DNA of 64,000 bases. It comes from an uncultured bacterium. Lineage in GTDB: Bacteria > Lernaellota > Lernaellaia > JACKCT01. The stretch covers positions 69,987 through 133,986 of the forward strand of contig CAZPJD010000184.1 of assembly GCA_964586775.1 (NCBI GenBank), written 5' to 3'. A program made the translations under genes and the position numbers. The notes below the pieces were generated by a model. It ran no database searches and had not been told where the DNA came from. It saw nothing but the letters and a program-made list of their open reading frames with translations. Of the stretch, positions 43,470-54,571 are shown piece by piece (position 1 is the first letter of the stretch; every line of letters begins with the position of its first letter).

Positions 43470-43576
43470 CCATGGGAAAAGCCCAAATCACCATATTTAT
43501 CGGCTAGATCCGTGAAAAGTTGAAAGTAAATTCTGAAGTTGGCGAGATCGCTGGGAATTTGGGAGCCGGAATCGGT

Positions 43577-44614
43577 TTACGACGCCTTTTCCTTCTCGAC
43601 GCCGATGGCGCGCAGGAACACGTCCACCAGATCGGGGTCGAACTGTCGCCCCGCATTGCGAATGATGATCCGACAGGCATCCTCGTCCGAAAGCGCACGA
43701 CGGTAGGGGCGATCGGAGGTCATGGCGTCGTAGGCGTCGCAGACCGCGAGGATGCGTCCGCCGAGCGGGATATCGGCACCGGCCAAACCGTCGGGATAGC
43801 CGCTGCCGTCGTAGAACTCGTGGTGATGGCGCACGATCATCGAGATCCGCCGAAACTGCGGGATCTGCTCCAGAATCTTCACGCCGATGACCACGTGCTC
43901 CTTGATGATCTCGTACTCCTCAGGTGTCAGCTTTCCCTCTTTGTGGAGCACCGACTCGCGCACGCCGATCTTGCCGATGTCGTGGAAGAGCCCCGCGAGG
44001 TGCAGCTCCTCTTGATCGCGCGGCGACAGGCCGAGGCGCTTCGCCACCGCCAAGGCCGTGTCCGCCACCCGGCGCGAATGGCCCTCGGTGTATTTGTCCT
44101 TGGCTTCCAGCGTGTGGACGAGGCTGTTGATCGTGTTGTTGATGAGGTTCTGCTTCTCCTCGTTGCGCAGACGCAGCGACAGAAGCTGCTCCTTCATCTT
44201 TTTTTCGAGATTCGTCTGGAACTCGCGGTTCTCGAGCGCGAGACGCCGCTTTTCCATAGCCCGCTGAACGGACATGAGCATGGAGTAGCTGTGGAACGGC
44301 TTCACGACGAAGTCGTAGGCGCCTTTTTCCATCGCCTTCTGGGCGATCTCGAAGTCGTTGTAGGCCGTCGTCACCACGCAGTCCACGCCCGGGTGCGACG
44401 CCTGAATGAAGTCCATCAGCGCGAATCCGCCCGTCTTGGGCAAGTGCGTGTCCACGATGACGAGGGCGATGAACTCCGTTTCCAGGACGCTCATGGCCTC
44501 GGCCGCGTCCCGCGCCGACGTGACGCCGAATTCCTGCGACTCGAGCAGGCTCACCAGACTCTCCCGCACGGTGGAGTCCGGATCGACGACGAGGACTTTT
44601 TCACGGAATTTCAT
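43577..44614 (-). CDS. response regulator with HD-GYP c-di-GMP phosphodiesterase domain (RpfG-like)
   Basis: A receiver domain with phospho-acceptor Asp in ALVIVDTHLP. HD-GYP motifs HSRRVADTA...FHDIGKIGV...HHHEFYDGSGYPDGL. 345 aa. Confidence 0.9.
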   Translation of the reverse strand: MKFREKVLVVDPDSTVRESLVSLLESQEFGVTSARDAAEAMSVLETEFIALVIVDTHLPKTGGFALMDFIQASHPGVDCVVTTAYNDFEIAQKAMEKGAYDFVVKPFHSYSMLMSVQRAMEKRRLALENREFQTNLEKKMKEQLLSLRLRNEEKQNLINNTINSLVHTLEAKDKYTEGHSRRVADTALAVAKRLGLSPRDQEELHLAGLFHDIGKIGVRESVLHKEGKLTPEEYEIIKEHVVIGVKILEQIPQFRRISMIVRHHHEFYDGSGYPDGLAGADIPLGGRILAVCDAYDAMTSDRPYRRALSDEDACRIIIRNAGRQFDPDLVDVFLRAIGVEKEKAS

Positions 44615-44754
44615 GCCACCTCGAAAGCAACGCGCGGCTTCGGCAACGCCCGACGCATCCCCAGCATTGCGGCCCCATCGTCGCCCAAAACGGGCGTAAG
44701 GACCATGACGCGATACATCCTAACGTCGTTTCATCGAAGGTTTGCGCAGTTTCC

Positions 44755-45783
44755 TTAAATCATTTTCTCACGAAGCGGCCCTTCTGGATACGGATCAGTG
44801 ACCACTAGCACGCTTTTTGCGCCGCCGGAGCCGAGCCAGAGCACACGCGGCTCGGCGGGGCGCTTTTTGGTCCAGAACAGTATCATCCGAGCCGCGTCGA
44901 TCACGTCGGCCTCGGTGCGTTCGCCAAGGACGAGCGCTGACGGCCCCTGGAAGTTCTCGGGCTCCAAAAACGCCGTCGCGCGGTCCTGATACCCTTCCAG
45001 CATGGCGTTTTCGCGCTCGTTGCGCCCCACCACCACGCGCACGGCGTCGCGCAGCTTCACGATGCGCCCGAGTTGAAGGATCTGCAGGTCGCGGAACAGA
45101 ACCTCTTCCTGCCGGTCGAACAGGTCGCGGACGCGCACCGCGAAGTTTTTGTCGGTGAGCAGACAGCCGCCGGCGGGGGTGGGGAAGTCCGTGACGTCGA
45201 ATTTCTTCGCGAGCGCGAACTGCTCCTTGCGCGAGCGGCCCGTGATCGCGCCGAGCCTTTCGCGGTTGAGCGTGCCGTCCAGTTCGGGCTTCGTCGGCGG
45301 CATTTCGCGGGCGGACAGCGGACGCAGCAGGATGCCGCCCATGTCGGCTTGGTCGTCGATCGTCTCCATCGCGTCCTTGCGCTGGCTCATCGGGCGCTGG
45401 CCGAGGACCTCGCCGCTGACGATGAAGTCCGCGCCCTCTTCCTCCATCACCCGCTTCGCCTTTTTCATCGTGTAGATGCGGCAGTCGATGCACGGATTCA
45501 CGCCCGCGCCGTAGCCGAACCGCCCGTGGCGGATGACATCCACATAGTCCTCGTCGAGCGGCACGAAACGCACGGGCACGCCGAGTTGCCGCTGCGCCTT
45601 CTGAATCTTCGACTCGCCCCCGGTCGCCGGCGTTCGGCACGACGGACAAAACGGGCTGACGAAGTTCAGTCCGATCACCTCGACGCCCTGCTCCTGCATC
45701 ATCTTGGCGGCGAGCGTCGAATCGAGCCCGCCCGAGAGCAGGGCGATGGCTTTTTTGCCCATGCTTCGCTCCGAATCCGGCAC
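44755..45783 (-). CDS. PP-loop ATPase with two CxxC motifs (MnmA/TtcA-like; candidate tRNA thiolation enzyme)
   Basis: N-terminal PP-loop KKAIALLSGGLDSTLAAKMMQEQGVEVIGLNF, resembling the MnmA N-terminus. CPSC and CIDC motifs follow. 342 aa. Confidence 0.7.
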   Translation of the reverse strand: MPDSERSMGKKAIALLSGGLDSTLAAKMMQEQGVEVIGLNFVSPFCPSCRTPATGGESKIQKAQRQLGVPVRFVPLDEDYVDVIRHGRFGYGAGVNPCIDCRIYTMKKAKRVMEEEGADFIVSGEVLGQRPMSQRKDAMETIDDQADMGGILLRPLSAREMPPTKPELDGTLNRERLGAITGRSRKEQFALAKKFDVTDFPTPAGGCLLTDKNFAVRVRDLFDRQEEVLFRDLQILQLGRIVKLRDAVRVVVGRNERENAMLEGYQDRATAFLEPENFQGPSALVLGERTEADVIDAARMILFWTKKRPAEPRVLWLGSGGAKSVLVVTDPYPEGPLREKMI

Positions 45784-45911
45784 CGTGCCGGATAAATATC
45801 TGGTTGCGTAACGAGTGTGAGGACCGGCTGGGTGCGTGTCAACGAAGATCGACAGGATCGGTCGCGGTTTTCACCTTCCTCCGCCGACCGAACGCGATAA
45901 GCGATCGCAAC

Positions 45912-46295
45912 TCACGCCAGCGCGCTGCGTATCTTTTCCGAAAGGAGATTTGCGGATTTCCAAATCTCTTCCGCTTCGCCCGCATGCTCCAGGATTTTCT
46001 GCCGATAGACGCTTTGCGAGGTGACCTGCGGATAGAACGAAAGTTCGTGCAAAAACTCGAGATCCGCGCCGGAAAGCGATGCGTCGAGACCGCTCGCGCG
46101 CGCCAAGGCGGGCAGGTGTGGTTCATTCGGCGGATAGCGGTTTTGCGTTTCGAGAAAATAGCCGCGCAGGAGTTTGAATAGCGCCTGATGGCAGAGGAAA
46201 CCGACCCAGAACGGGCGGCCGGAATCGAGAAGCGTGCGCGCGGCGTCGAGGTCGTCGCGGCAACCCTCGACGTACTTGACCACCACGTCCATCAT
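45912..46295 (-). CDS. HEPN-domain protein (solo, no adjacent nucleotidyltransferase)
   Basis: It has the four-helix HEPN layout and a conserved Arg/His region (LRGYFLETQNRYPPNEPHLPALARASG). The start was taken at MMDVVV to avoid overlap with the upstream IMPase gene; the track starts at 46316. Confidence 0.6.
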   Translation of the reverse strand: MMDVVVKYVEGCRDDLDAARTLLDSGRPFWVGFLCHQALFKLLRGYFLETQNRYPPNEPHLPALARASGLDASLSGADLEFLHELSFYPQVTSQSVYRQKILEHAGEAEEIWKSANLLSEKIRSALA

Positions 46296-47113
46296 GGCGC
46301 GCCCGTCTCCCGCCACGCGGGATTTTGCGCGAGAAGGCGTCGAAGCTCGCCGTGAATCGCCGCGCTTCCCGCGACCACATGGCGCGGCGGATCGCCGATC
46401 GGCTCACCCGCGAAGTCGGTGACGAGCCCGCCGGCCTCGGCGACGACCAGCGCGCCCGCCGCCACGTCCCACACGTTCAGCCGCAGCTCCCAAAATCCAT
46501 CGAGCCGTCCCATGGCGACCCAGCACAGGTCGATCGCCGCGCTGCCCATGCGCCGGATGCCGCGCACGTGCGGCACGATGGTCGCGAAATGGTCCAGGTT
46601 GTTATGGGGATTCGTCTTCTTGTCGTAAGGAAAGCCCGTGCCCACGATGGCATCGGCGAGCCGCGTCTTGTCGCTTACGCGGATCGGCGCGTCGTTGCAT
46701 GTCGCTCCGCCGCCGCGAATGGCGACGAATGTCTCGCCAAATCGCGGCGCGTGGACGACGCCGACCTGCGTCGCGCCGCCGCGCACGAGGGCGATGGAGA
46801 CGCAAAACATCGGGATGCCGTTGGCGTAGTTGTTCGTGCCGTCGAGGGGATCGACCACCCAGCGCCACAGGGCGGCGAGGTCGTGCCGCGCGCCCTCTTC
46901 GCCCACGTACCCGCTGCCGGGAAACGCGGCGAGCAGTCGCTCGCGGCACAGCGCCTCGGCGGCGAGATCGGCCGCCGTGACCAGATCGTACTCGCCCTTG
47001 CGGTCGATCGTCGCACGGCCCTGGTAGTCGAGCAGCAGCTCGCCCGCCTCGACCGCGACGCCGCGCGCGATGCCCGCCCAGTGCGCGAGGTCGACCGATT
47101 CGGCGAGCGTCAC
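46292..47113 (-). CDS. inositol monophosphatase family protein, copy 2
   Basis: VVDPLDGTNNY metal-binding motif and the WDVAAG motif. 273 aa. Confidence 0.8.
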   Translation of the reverse strand: MTLAESVDLAHWAGIARGVAVEAGELLLDYQGRATIDRKGEYDLVTAADLAAEALCRERLLAAFPGSGYVGEEGARHDLAALWRWVVDPLDGTNNYANGIPMFCVSIALVRGGATQVGVVHAPRFGETFVAIRGGGATCNDAPIRVSDKTRLADAIVGTGFPYDKKTNPHNNLDHFATIVPHVRGIRRMGSAAIDLCWVAMGRLDGFWELRLNVWDVAAGALVVAEAGGLVTDFAGEPIGDPPRHVVAGSAAIHGELRRLLAQNPAWRETGAP

Positions 47114-47856
47114 TTGAGCCCCGGCGGCGGCTGGATCTTCGTGAACCCGGCGGGCAGTTCGAAGAGCGCGTCGTTCACCGTGGGGAACTCGATCTTCTTA
47201 AGCGTCTTCGTCGTCGAGACGATCTGCCCCTGCGCGTTGGTCACCGTTTTTTGCTCGACGGGGTAGCCGGGCAGAAGTTGCACCTGCGCGTAGAACTTGT
47301 CGAAGGTCGCCGAGGTCGCGCCGCCCACCGACAGGCGAAACACGTGAACGAGATCCGCCGCGGTGAGGCCCGCCTTGGCCGCCACGCACTGCGTGGTGGT
47401 GGACGTGATGCCCGGTCCGAGAACCTGCTTCGCGGCGACCTCGTAGTCCTCGCAATTCCACGCGCCCACGTCGCGCTTTTTGCCCGTCGCCACAAACAGA
47501 GGTTCGGGGATGACGAACACGCCGTTTTCAACGCGACCGAAGACCGACAGGCTTTGCATGCCCATCTGCGCGAGTTTGTCGGAGCCGATTTCGACGTAGG
47601 TCTTCGACGGCGAGTGGACGAGCCACGCCACGCCGAGGTCCGGGCGGTAGATCGCGATCTCGCCGTTGCTCGACTCGGTGCGCATGCGGTCGCCGCGCAC
47701 CCAGGTCTTGATGGTTCCGCCGGGCGCGCGCTGCCCCGGCGGGGCCGAGGTCGCGAGCAGTTCCTCGATATAGAACGCGCGCTCCTGCGCGAACGCGCTC
47801 ACCGCCAGCGCGAGCGCCGCGAGACAAATTCCGATGACGCGAATCCATTTAGCCAA
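47110..47856 (-). CDS. secreted hypothetical protein (DUF4412-like)
   Basis: Signal peptide MAKWIRVIGICLAALALAVSAFA. 248 aa. Its stop overlaps the IMPase start. Confidence 0.65.
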   Translation of the reverse strand: MAKWIRVIGICLAALALAVSAFAQERAFYIEELLATSAPPGQRAPGGTIKTWVRGDRMRTESSNGEIAIYRPDLGVAWLVHSPSKTYVEIGSDKLAQMGMQSLSVFGRVENGVFVIPEPLFVATGKKRDVGAWNCEDYEVAAKQVLGPGITSTTTQCVAAKAGLTAADLVHVFRLSVGGATSATFDKFYAQVQLLPGYPVEQKTVTNAQGQIVSTTKTLKKIEFPTVNDALFELPAGFTKIQPPPGLK

Positions 47857-48985
47857 TGATCATCTGCTCCGTGGCGAGCTGCCCGTTTTCGAATCGCTCC
47901 GGATAGCACGCGTCGAGTTCCGGGTGTTTGCGTCCGCCGACGATCGCCTCGGCCATGATTTCGCCCATCACCGGCGCCATCATGAAACCATGGCCCATGA
48001 ACCCGTGGCACTGCCAGAATCCCGGCCAGCCGCGCGCCGGGCCGAGGATCGGGTTCGTGTCGGGCGTGATGTCGTAGTACCCGCCCCACTGACGCAGCAC
48101 CTTGACCGGCCCGAGCTGCGGAATCAGATCGATCATGAGCCGGCTGATCTTGCGCACGAAACGGAAGGTCGGCGTATATCCGGTCGGCGTGTGCTTGTCC
48201 ACTCCCACGCACGCGTAAATCTCGCCGCGCATCGTTTGCGAAACGAAAAGTCCGCTGTCCATCGGCACGAGATTCGGCCCGAGAAAGGGCCGTAGCGCCT
48301 CGGTCACGAGCGCCTCGTGTTTCTCGGGATGATTCGGCAGTCGAACCCCCAGCATCGCGCCGATGGCGGGCGCCCACGCCCCCGCCGCGTTGACGACGAG
48401 GTCGGTCTCGATGTCGCCGCGCGTCGTGCGCACGCGGTGGATCGTCCCGGCTTCGCCGTCGATACCCGTGACCTCGGTATGCGTGCGCAGGTCGTGGCCG
48501 AAGCGCGCAATGGCGCGGGCGTAAGCCCACAGCACCGAAAACGGAAAGATCGTGCCGTCCGTGGGGTTGAACGCGCCGCCCGCGACCCCGTCGAGATTCA
48601 CGAAGGGGCACATCGATCGGATCTCGGTGCGGTTCACGATGCGGCTGCGAACGCCGTGCGCGTTTTGCAGGGCGACGTTCGTCTCGAGCTGCGCGAGCTG
48701 CTCCGGCGACTTGGCGAGAAACAGGTAGCCGTCCTGCCGGAACCAGATGTTCGCGCCGGTTTCGCGCGTGAGGTCTTTGTAGAGTTCCACCGAGCGCTTC
48801 ATCAGTTCGATGTTGTTCGCGGTGGACCACTGCTGGCGCACGCCGCCGCCGCAGCGCCCGGTCGCGCCGCCGTTCAGGTGGCCGCGCTCGACGACGACCA
48901 CATCGCGCCGCCCCCGTCGGCCGAGTTCGTACGCGATGGCGAGGCCGATGACGCCGCCGCCGATGATGACGACGCGCTCACCCAT
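47849..48985 (-). CDS. FAD-dependent oxidoreductase, SoxB/DadA/HcnC-like catalytic (beta) subunit
   Basis: N-terminal FAD-binding VVIIGGGVIGLAIAYEL. 378 aa. It is co-operonic with the 2Fe-2S and HcnB-like genes. Confidence 0.85.
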   Translation of the reverse strand: MGERVVIIGGGVIGLAIAYELGRRGRRDVVVVERGHLNGGATGRCGGGVRQQWSTANNIELMKRSVELYKDLTRETGANIWFRQDGYLFLAKSPEQLAQLETNVALQNAHGVRSRIVNRTEIRSMCPFVNLDGVAGGAFNPTDGTIFPFSVLWAYARAIARFGHDLRTHTEVTGIDGEAGTIHRVRTTRGDIETDLVVNAAGAWAPAIGAMLGVRLPNHPEKHEALVTEALRPFLGPNLVPMDSGLFVSQTMRGEIYACVGVDKHTPTGYTPTFRFVRKISRLMIDLIPQLGPVKVLRQWGGYYDITPDTNPILGPARGWPGFWQCHGFMGHGFMMAPVMGEIMAEAIVGGRKHPELDACYPERFENGQLATEQMIIG

Positions 48986-49265
48986 CGCCCGGCTCCGACG
49001 TGTCGCGCCCCGCGAAATCGGCGAGCGTGGTCATGCTCGTCGGCGGACGACTGACGAACGGCGCGCTACCCGCGAACGACTCTCCCGTTTCCTCTTCCAA
49101 CAGACGCACCATCGCGGCGACGCACCCCTTGGCCTGACACGCACCGGTCCCCACGGCGAGATAACGCTTGAGGCTCTCCAGATCGCGGCACCCGCCGCGG
49201 ATCGCCTCGCGGATCTCGATCTCGGTCACGTCTTCGCACCAGCAGACGAGCGTCTTCGCGGTCAT
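48978..49265 (-). CDS. small BFD-like [2Fe-2S]-binding protein (95 aa)
   Basis: The start MTAKTLVCWCEDVTEIEIREAIRGGC...GTGACQAKGC carries a CxC...CxxxC BFD-like motif. ATGA overlaps with both neighbours. Confidence 0.65.
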   Translation of the reverse strand: MTAKTLVCWCEDVTEIEIREAIRGGCRDLESLKRYLAVGTGACQAKGCVAAMVRLLEEETGESFAGSAPFVSRPPTSMTTLADFAGRDTSEPGDG

Positions 49266-50665
49266 GGTTGACCGCCCCCGCGCAGGTCGCGGATCACGGC
49301 GGCGGCGGCGCGCAGCGCGTCGTCCTCGACCGCCGATGCTCCGCCCGCTTCGCCCGCGACGAAGACATCCGTTCGCGTCGTGCGTCCGTCGTTGTCTCGT
49401 ATTGGCGCGAATCGTCCGAGCGTCGAATCCCACACGATGCGCGCGCCGGCCTGCGCGGCCAGCTCGAACGCGGGCTGAGGGGCAAGATCGAGAATCAGCG
49501 TGTCGCACGAGCCCGCGCGGCGATTCGCGGAAGCCGACTCGAACTCCACGGACTTCACGCGCCTGCGCCCCGCGACGGCGCGGAGCCGGTGGTTCGTCAG
49601 GATCGCGCAACCCGCGGCGCGCAGCGCATCGAGGTCTTCGGCCGTCGTGTCGCTGGATTCGCGCGGCGTCGCGAGCGCGACGACCTCGACCCCCGCCGCG
49701 ATCAGCATCCGCGCCGTTCGTGCGCCGCGTCCCGCGTCACCCCAAATCATCGCCCGCTCGCCGGGGCGCACCCCGTAGCGCACAACCAACGACTGCGCCG
49801 CGCGCGCGCTCATCACGCCCGGCAGATCGTTTTGCGCGAACAGCGCACTCTGGTCGTACGATCCCGTGCACATGATCGCCCGCGCGGCGTGAACGCGTTT
49901 CAATCCCGTCGCGTCGCGCACCACGTAAAATCCTTCCTCGAAAAACCCGATCGCCTCGGTGTGCGCGAGCACGCGCCCGCCGGCATTTTCGATTCGCGCC
50001 CGAAGCTCGGTGATGAGCCGGCGCGAGTCGCCGCCATTTTCGCCGAACGCATCGAGCAGCCGCCCGCCGACGTCCTCGGCATCGACGACGACGACCTCGA
50101 TTCCCGCATCGGCGATGGCCGCGCCCGCGACGAGCCCGGCAAGGCCCGCGCCGACGATCAGCACCTCGGTACGCAGGTCGCCGATCGTCTTTTCCGGCGT
50201 TTCCATCAATTCGGGCAACTCGCCCAAGCCCGAAACCCCGCGCACGAGGCGCGTGATGGCGCGAGCCGACGCGCCGGTGGACGTGCCCATGTGGTGGTAG
50301 TCGAGCTTGTCGCGAAACAGCAGGTCCGACGCGCCGAGCACGTCGAAATCGGCGCTGGGATAACCCGGCTCGCGCAGTACCGACACCCCCGGGGCGCAAC
50401 GCACGCGGCAGCCGTTTTGGTTCGGCACGCCGTCGATGCGCATCAGGCACCGACCGCAATGTCCCTTGGCGCAAAAGAGCCCGCGCGGGCGGTGAAACTT
50501 CAGGCTGCGCGAGAGGATATCGATCCCCGACGCGTGGAGCGCGACGCTGACCGGCTCGCCGTCAAATGCGGCCAGATCGCGGCCCTCGAATTGGAGGACA
50601 ACCCGATTCCCCCGCGCGTGACCGAAGCGCGGATCGTTCAGAATGCGGCGGTCGGTTCGGGCCAT
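49262..50665 (-). CDS. HcnA-like [2Fe-2S] N-domain fused to an HcnB/PdhA-like FAD/NAD(P)-binding oxidoreductase
   Basis: The N-terminus VVLQFEGRDLAAFDGEPVSVALHASG...CAKGHCGRCLMRIDG is a sarcosine-oxidase-alpha/HcnA-type ferredoxin domain. It is followed by a Rossmann motif LIVGAGLAGLVAGAAIADAG and a second one VFVAGEAGGA. 467 aa. Confidence 0.8.
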   Translation of the reverse strand: MARTDRRILNDPRFGHARGNRVVLQFEGRDLAAFDGEPVSVALHASGIDILSRSLKFHRPRGLFCAKGHCGRCLMRIDGVPNQNGCRVRCAPGVSVLREPGYPSADFDVLGASDLLFRDKLDYHHMGTSTGASARAITRLVRGVSGLGELPELMETPEKTIGDLRTEVLIVGAGLAGLVAGAAIADAGIEVVVVDAEDVGGRLLDAFGENGGDSRRLITELRARIENAGGRVLAHTEAIGFFEEGFYVVRDATGLKRVHAARAIMCTGSYDQSALFAQNDLPGVMSARAAQSLVVRYGVRPGERAMIWGDAGRGARTARMLIAAGVEVVALATPRESSDTTAEDLDALRAAGCAILTNHRLRAVAGRRRVKSVEFESASANRRAGSCDTLILDLAPQPAFELAAQAGARIVWDSTLGRFAPIRDNDGRTTRTDVFVAGEAGGASAVEDDALRAAAAVIRDLRGGGQP

Positions 50666-50678
50666 GACGACGCCCGCG

Positions 50679-52238
<1,560 letters not shown>

Positions 52239-52356
52239 GATGACTCCGAGCCCGTGCCGCGAGCCGCCCGGAGTATAGCGACAAATTTCGGACGTGGATA
52301 GAGAAAAAGCGCGAAATCGTGTGCGCGGTTGACCGGCGTGGGCCGCAACTGACATC

Positions 52357-53091
52357 ATGCCGCGCGTCCGGGCGGGAAGGAGTTTTTTCGTGCGCGTCAT
52401 CGTCGTCACTGTTGCCATACTCGCCTGGGCGTGCGCTGCCCAAGCCGCGAGCGTAGAATCCAAATACGGCGCGACGCCCGTCCCGACACCCGAGGTCGCG
52501 ACCCCCGAAACCGCCGCCGACCATTTCGCCATCGCGGTCGAGGCGTTTCGCAAGGGCGACTCGCGCAATGCGGAACAAAGCGTGCGTAACGCGCTGTCGC
52601 TCGACCCGAAAAACCCCGACTACCACTACCTGCTGGGCAAGATCTATCTGTTCCGCGCCGCCGAGAAGAATCGGCTCGAGATCCGCAACGACGGCACCGA
52701 TTCGCCCGAGACCAAGTACGTCAAGCGTTACGTGAAGGGGCGCGAGGAACTCGAGCTCGCCAAGTCGTCGTTCGAGGTCGTGACCAAGCTGCAAGCCCAC
52801 GCGGCGGATGCCTGGCTGAACCTCGGCACCTGCGAGGACAATCTGGGCAATGAGGACGCGGCGGTAGCGGCCTTCGAGCAGGCGATCCGCCTCGCCCCGG
52901 CCACCACCACCGCCCGTGACGCGAGCAACAACCTGGGCCTGCTCCACCGCAGCGAAAACCGCCCGGAACTCGCCTACGCGGCGTTTCAGGCGGCGCTCGC
53001 CATCGACCCCACGTTTCTGCCCGCGCGCGTCAACGTCCAGCGACTGCTGGAAAAGTACCCCAAGCTGAAAAAGGCCGCGAAGCCGAAATGA
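52357..53091 (+). CDS. secreted TPR-repeat protein
   Basis: A signal peptide and TPR-like repeats (AEQSVRNALSLDPKNPDYHYLLGKIY; AAVAAFEQAIRLAP; AYAAFQAALAIDP). 244 aa. Confidence 0.7.
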   Translation: MPRVRAGRSFFVRVIVVTVAILAWACAAQAASVESKYGATPVPTPEVATPETAADHFAIAVEAFRKGDSRNAEQSVRNALSLDPKNPDYHYLLGKIYLFRAAEKNRLEIRNDGTDSPETKYVKRYVKGREELELAKSSFEVVTKLQAHAADAWLNLGTCEDNLGNEDAAVAAFEQAIRLAPATTTARDASNNLGLLHRSENRPELAYAAFQAALAIDPTFLPARVNVQRLLEKYPKLKKAAKPK

Positions 53092-53963
53092 CGGCCCGCG
53101 CGCCCGCCGAACGTCCAGCCCTCGGCGCGACGTCGCGGACGCTGGTGGTGATGCCGGCCCTCAACGCCGAGGCGACGCTCGAAAAGACGGTGGCCGACAT
53201 CCCGCCCGGAACCGCGGACGAGATCCTGCTTGTCGACGACGCCAGCACCGATCGCACGGTCGAGATCGCCACGCGCCTCGGCCTCACGGTGATCCGGCAC
53301 GATCGGACGCGGGGATACGGCGCGAACCAGAAAACGTGCTACCGCGAGGCCCTCGCGCGCGGCGCGGACATCGTGCTCATGATCCACCCCGACTATCAGT
53401 ACGACTCGCGACTCGCGCCGCACTTCGTCCGCTTCATCCGCGACGGGTACTTCGACGTCATGCTCGGCTCGCGCATACGCACCCGGGCCGAGGCGCTGGC
53501 GTGCGGGATGCCGGTTTACAAATACGTGGCCAACCGGTTTCTGACGATCGTCGAAAACCTGATGATGGGCACCAACTTCAGCGAGTGCCATACGGGCTAC
53601 CGGGCATATCACCGGCGCGTGCTCGAAACCGTCCCGTGGGAGCAAAACTCCGACGATTTCCTCTTCGACACGCAGTTCCTGATGCAATCCGTCTACTTCG
53701 GGTTCCAGATCGCCGAGCTTCCCGTCCCGGTGCGCTACGGCCCCGACGCCTCATCGACGAGCTTCTCGGCCGGAGTGCGTTACGGCCTCGGAACGCTCTT
53801 CGAGGCATGCCGATTCGTGCTGAACCGGATGGGCGTTATGAATTCCGCGATATTCCGGAGAGCCGGCCGGCCCGCGTCCCTGGCGACGACCTCCGGGGTC
53901 ATTTCTGATACGTCATCATCGCCGCACGAGAAAACGGAAAACACCAAATCCCCGATTCCGTGA
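53088..53963 (+). CDS. family 2 glycosyltransferase (dolichyl-phosphate mannose synthase-like)
   Basis: GT-A motifs LVVMPALNAEATL and EILLVDDASTD (DxD). Its start overlaps the TPR gene stop (ATGA). Confidence 0.85.
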   Translation: MTARAPAERPALGATSRTLVVMPALNAEATLEKTVADIPPGTADEILLVDDASTDRTVEIATRLGLTVIRHDRTRGYGANQKTCYREALARGADIVLMIHPDYQYDSRLAPHFVRFIRDGYFDVMLGSRIRTRAEALACGMPVYKYVANRFLTIVENLMMGTNFSECHTGYRAYHRRVLETVPWEQNSDDFLFDTQFLMQSVYFGFQIAELPVPVRYGPDASSTSFSAGVRYGLGTLFEACRFVLNRMGVMNSAIFRRAGRPASLATTSGVISDTSSSPHEKTENTKSPIP

Positions 53964-54115
53964 CCCGATTTTGCCACTTACACGAGCGTCATCGCGATCT
54001 GAACTGAAATGATTTCAAGGCTTCGGTGTTATCGGAACGCGAAATCGCGGAAAACGCGGCGTGAACATCGGATTCTTCCTCTTCCGCTGATTTCCGAACC
54101 GGCAACCGCGAGCGC

Positions 54116-54418
54116 ATGAAACTTCGCATTGAGATCGTCCGTTTCAACAGCCATCCCCACGAATACCTCAAAATTGTCGAGTCAATTCGCGAGGGCGGCA
54201 CGCTCAGGCCCAGAATCGTGCCACGCCTGGGCCGCCGCGTTCGCCGCGGGTCGTCCGGGCAATGCGTGACGCGGTCCTGGAGTCCCGCCCTCGTCTTCGC
54301 CCGGCTCCGGGTGCGGCAGGAGTTGCCGCGGGCGGCCGGGAATCTCGCGGAGGGACGGAGGTTCCATTTCGATCCGGAGCGCGCGGACGAGGCGCGAAAC
54401 GTCGCCTACGCCGATTGA
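54116..54418 (+). pseudogene. possible degraded or small ORF in a local low-GC pocket
   Basis: The first 30 codons (MKLRIEIVRFNSHPHEYLKIVESIREGG) have normal composition. The remainder is Arg-rich, typical of an out-of-frame reading. It sits in a 550-nt gap between the GT2 and SGNH genes. Confidence 0.2.
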
Positions 54419-54571
54419 CAAGGCGGCGGCTTTCCGACCACATTACGGCGCTTTTTTTTCGCGGCCCCGCGGCGCGTCGATGCGCGACGCCGTGCGCTTT
54501 TTGGGGGACGAGGCTTGATTCCAGGCGCTTTCTGGACCGAACCGCGTTTTCGGCGGATTCGAATCGCGGCG

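Noticed and set aside
45804-46181. 125-aa + strand ORF opposite the HEPN gene
   Set aside because: It is antisense to the HEPN coding sequence. It has no recognisable features and an unlikely start context.
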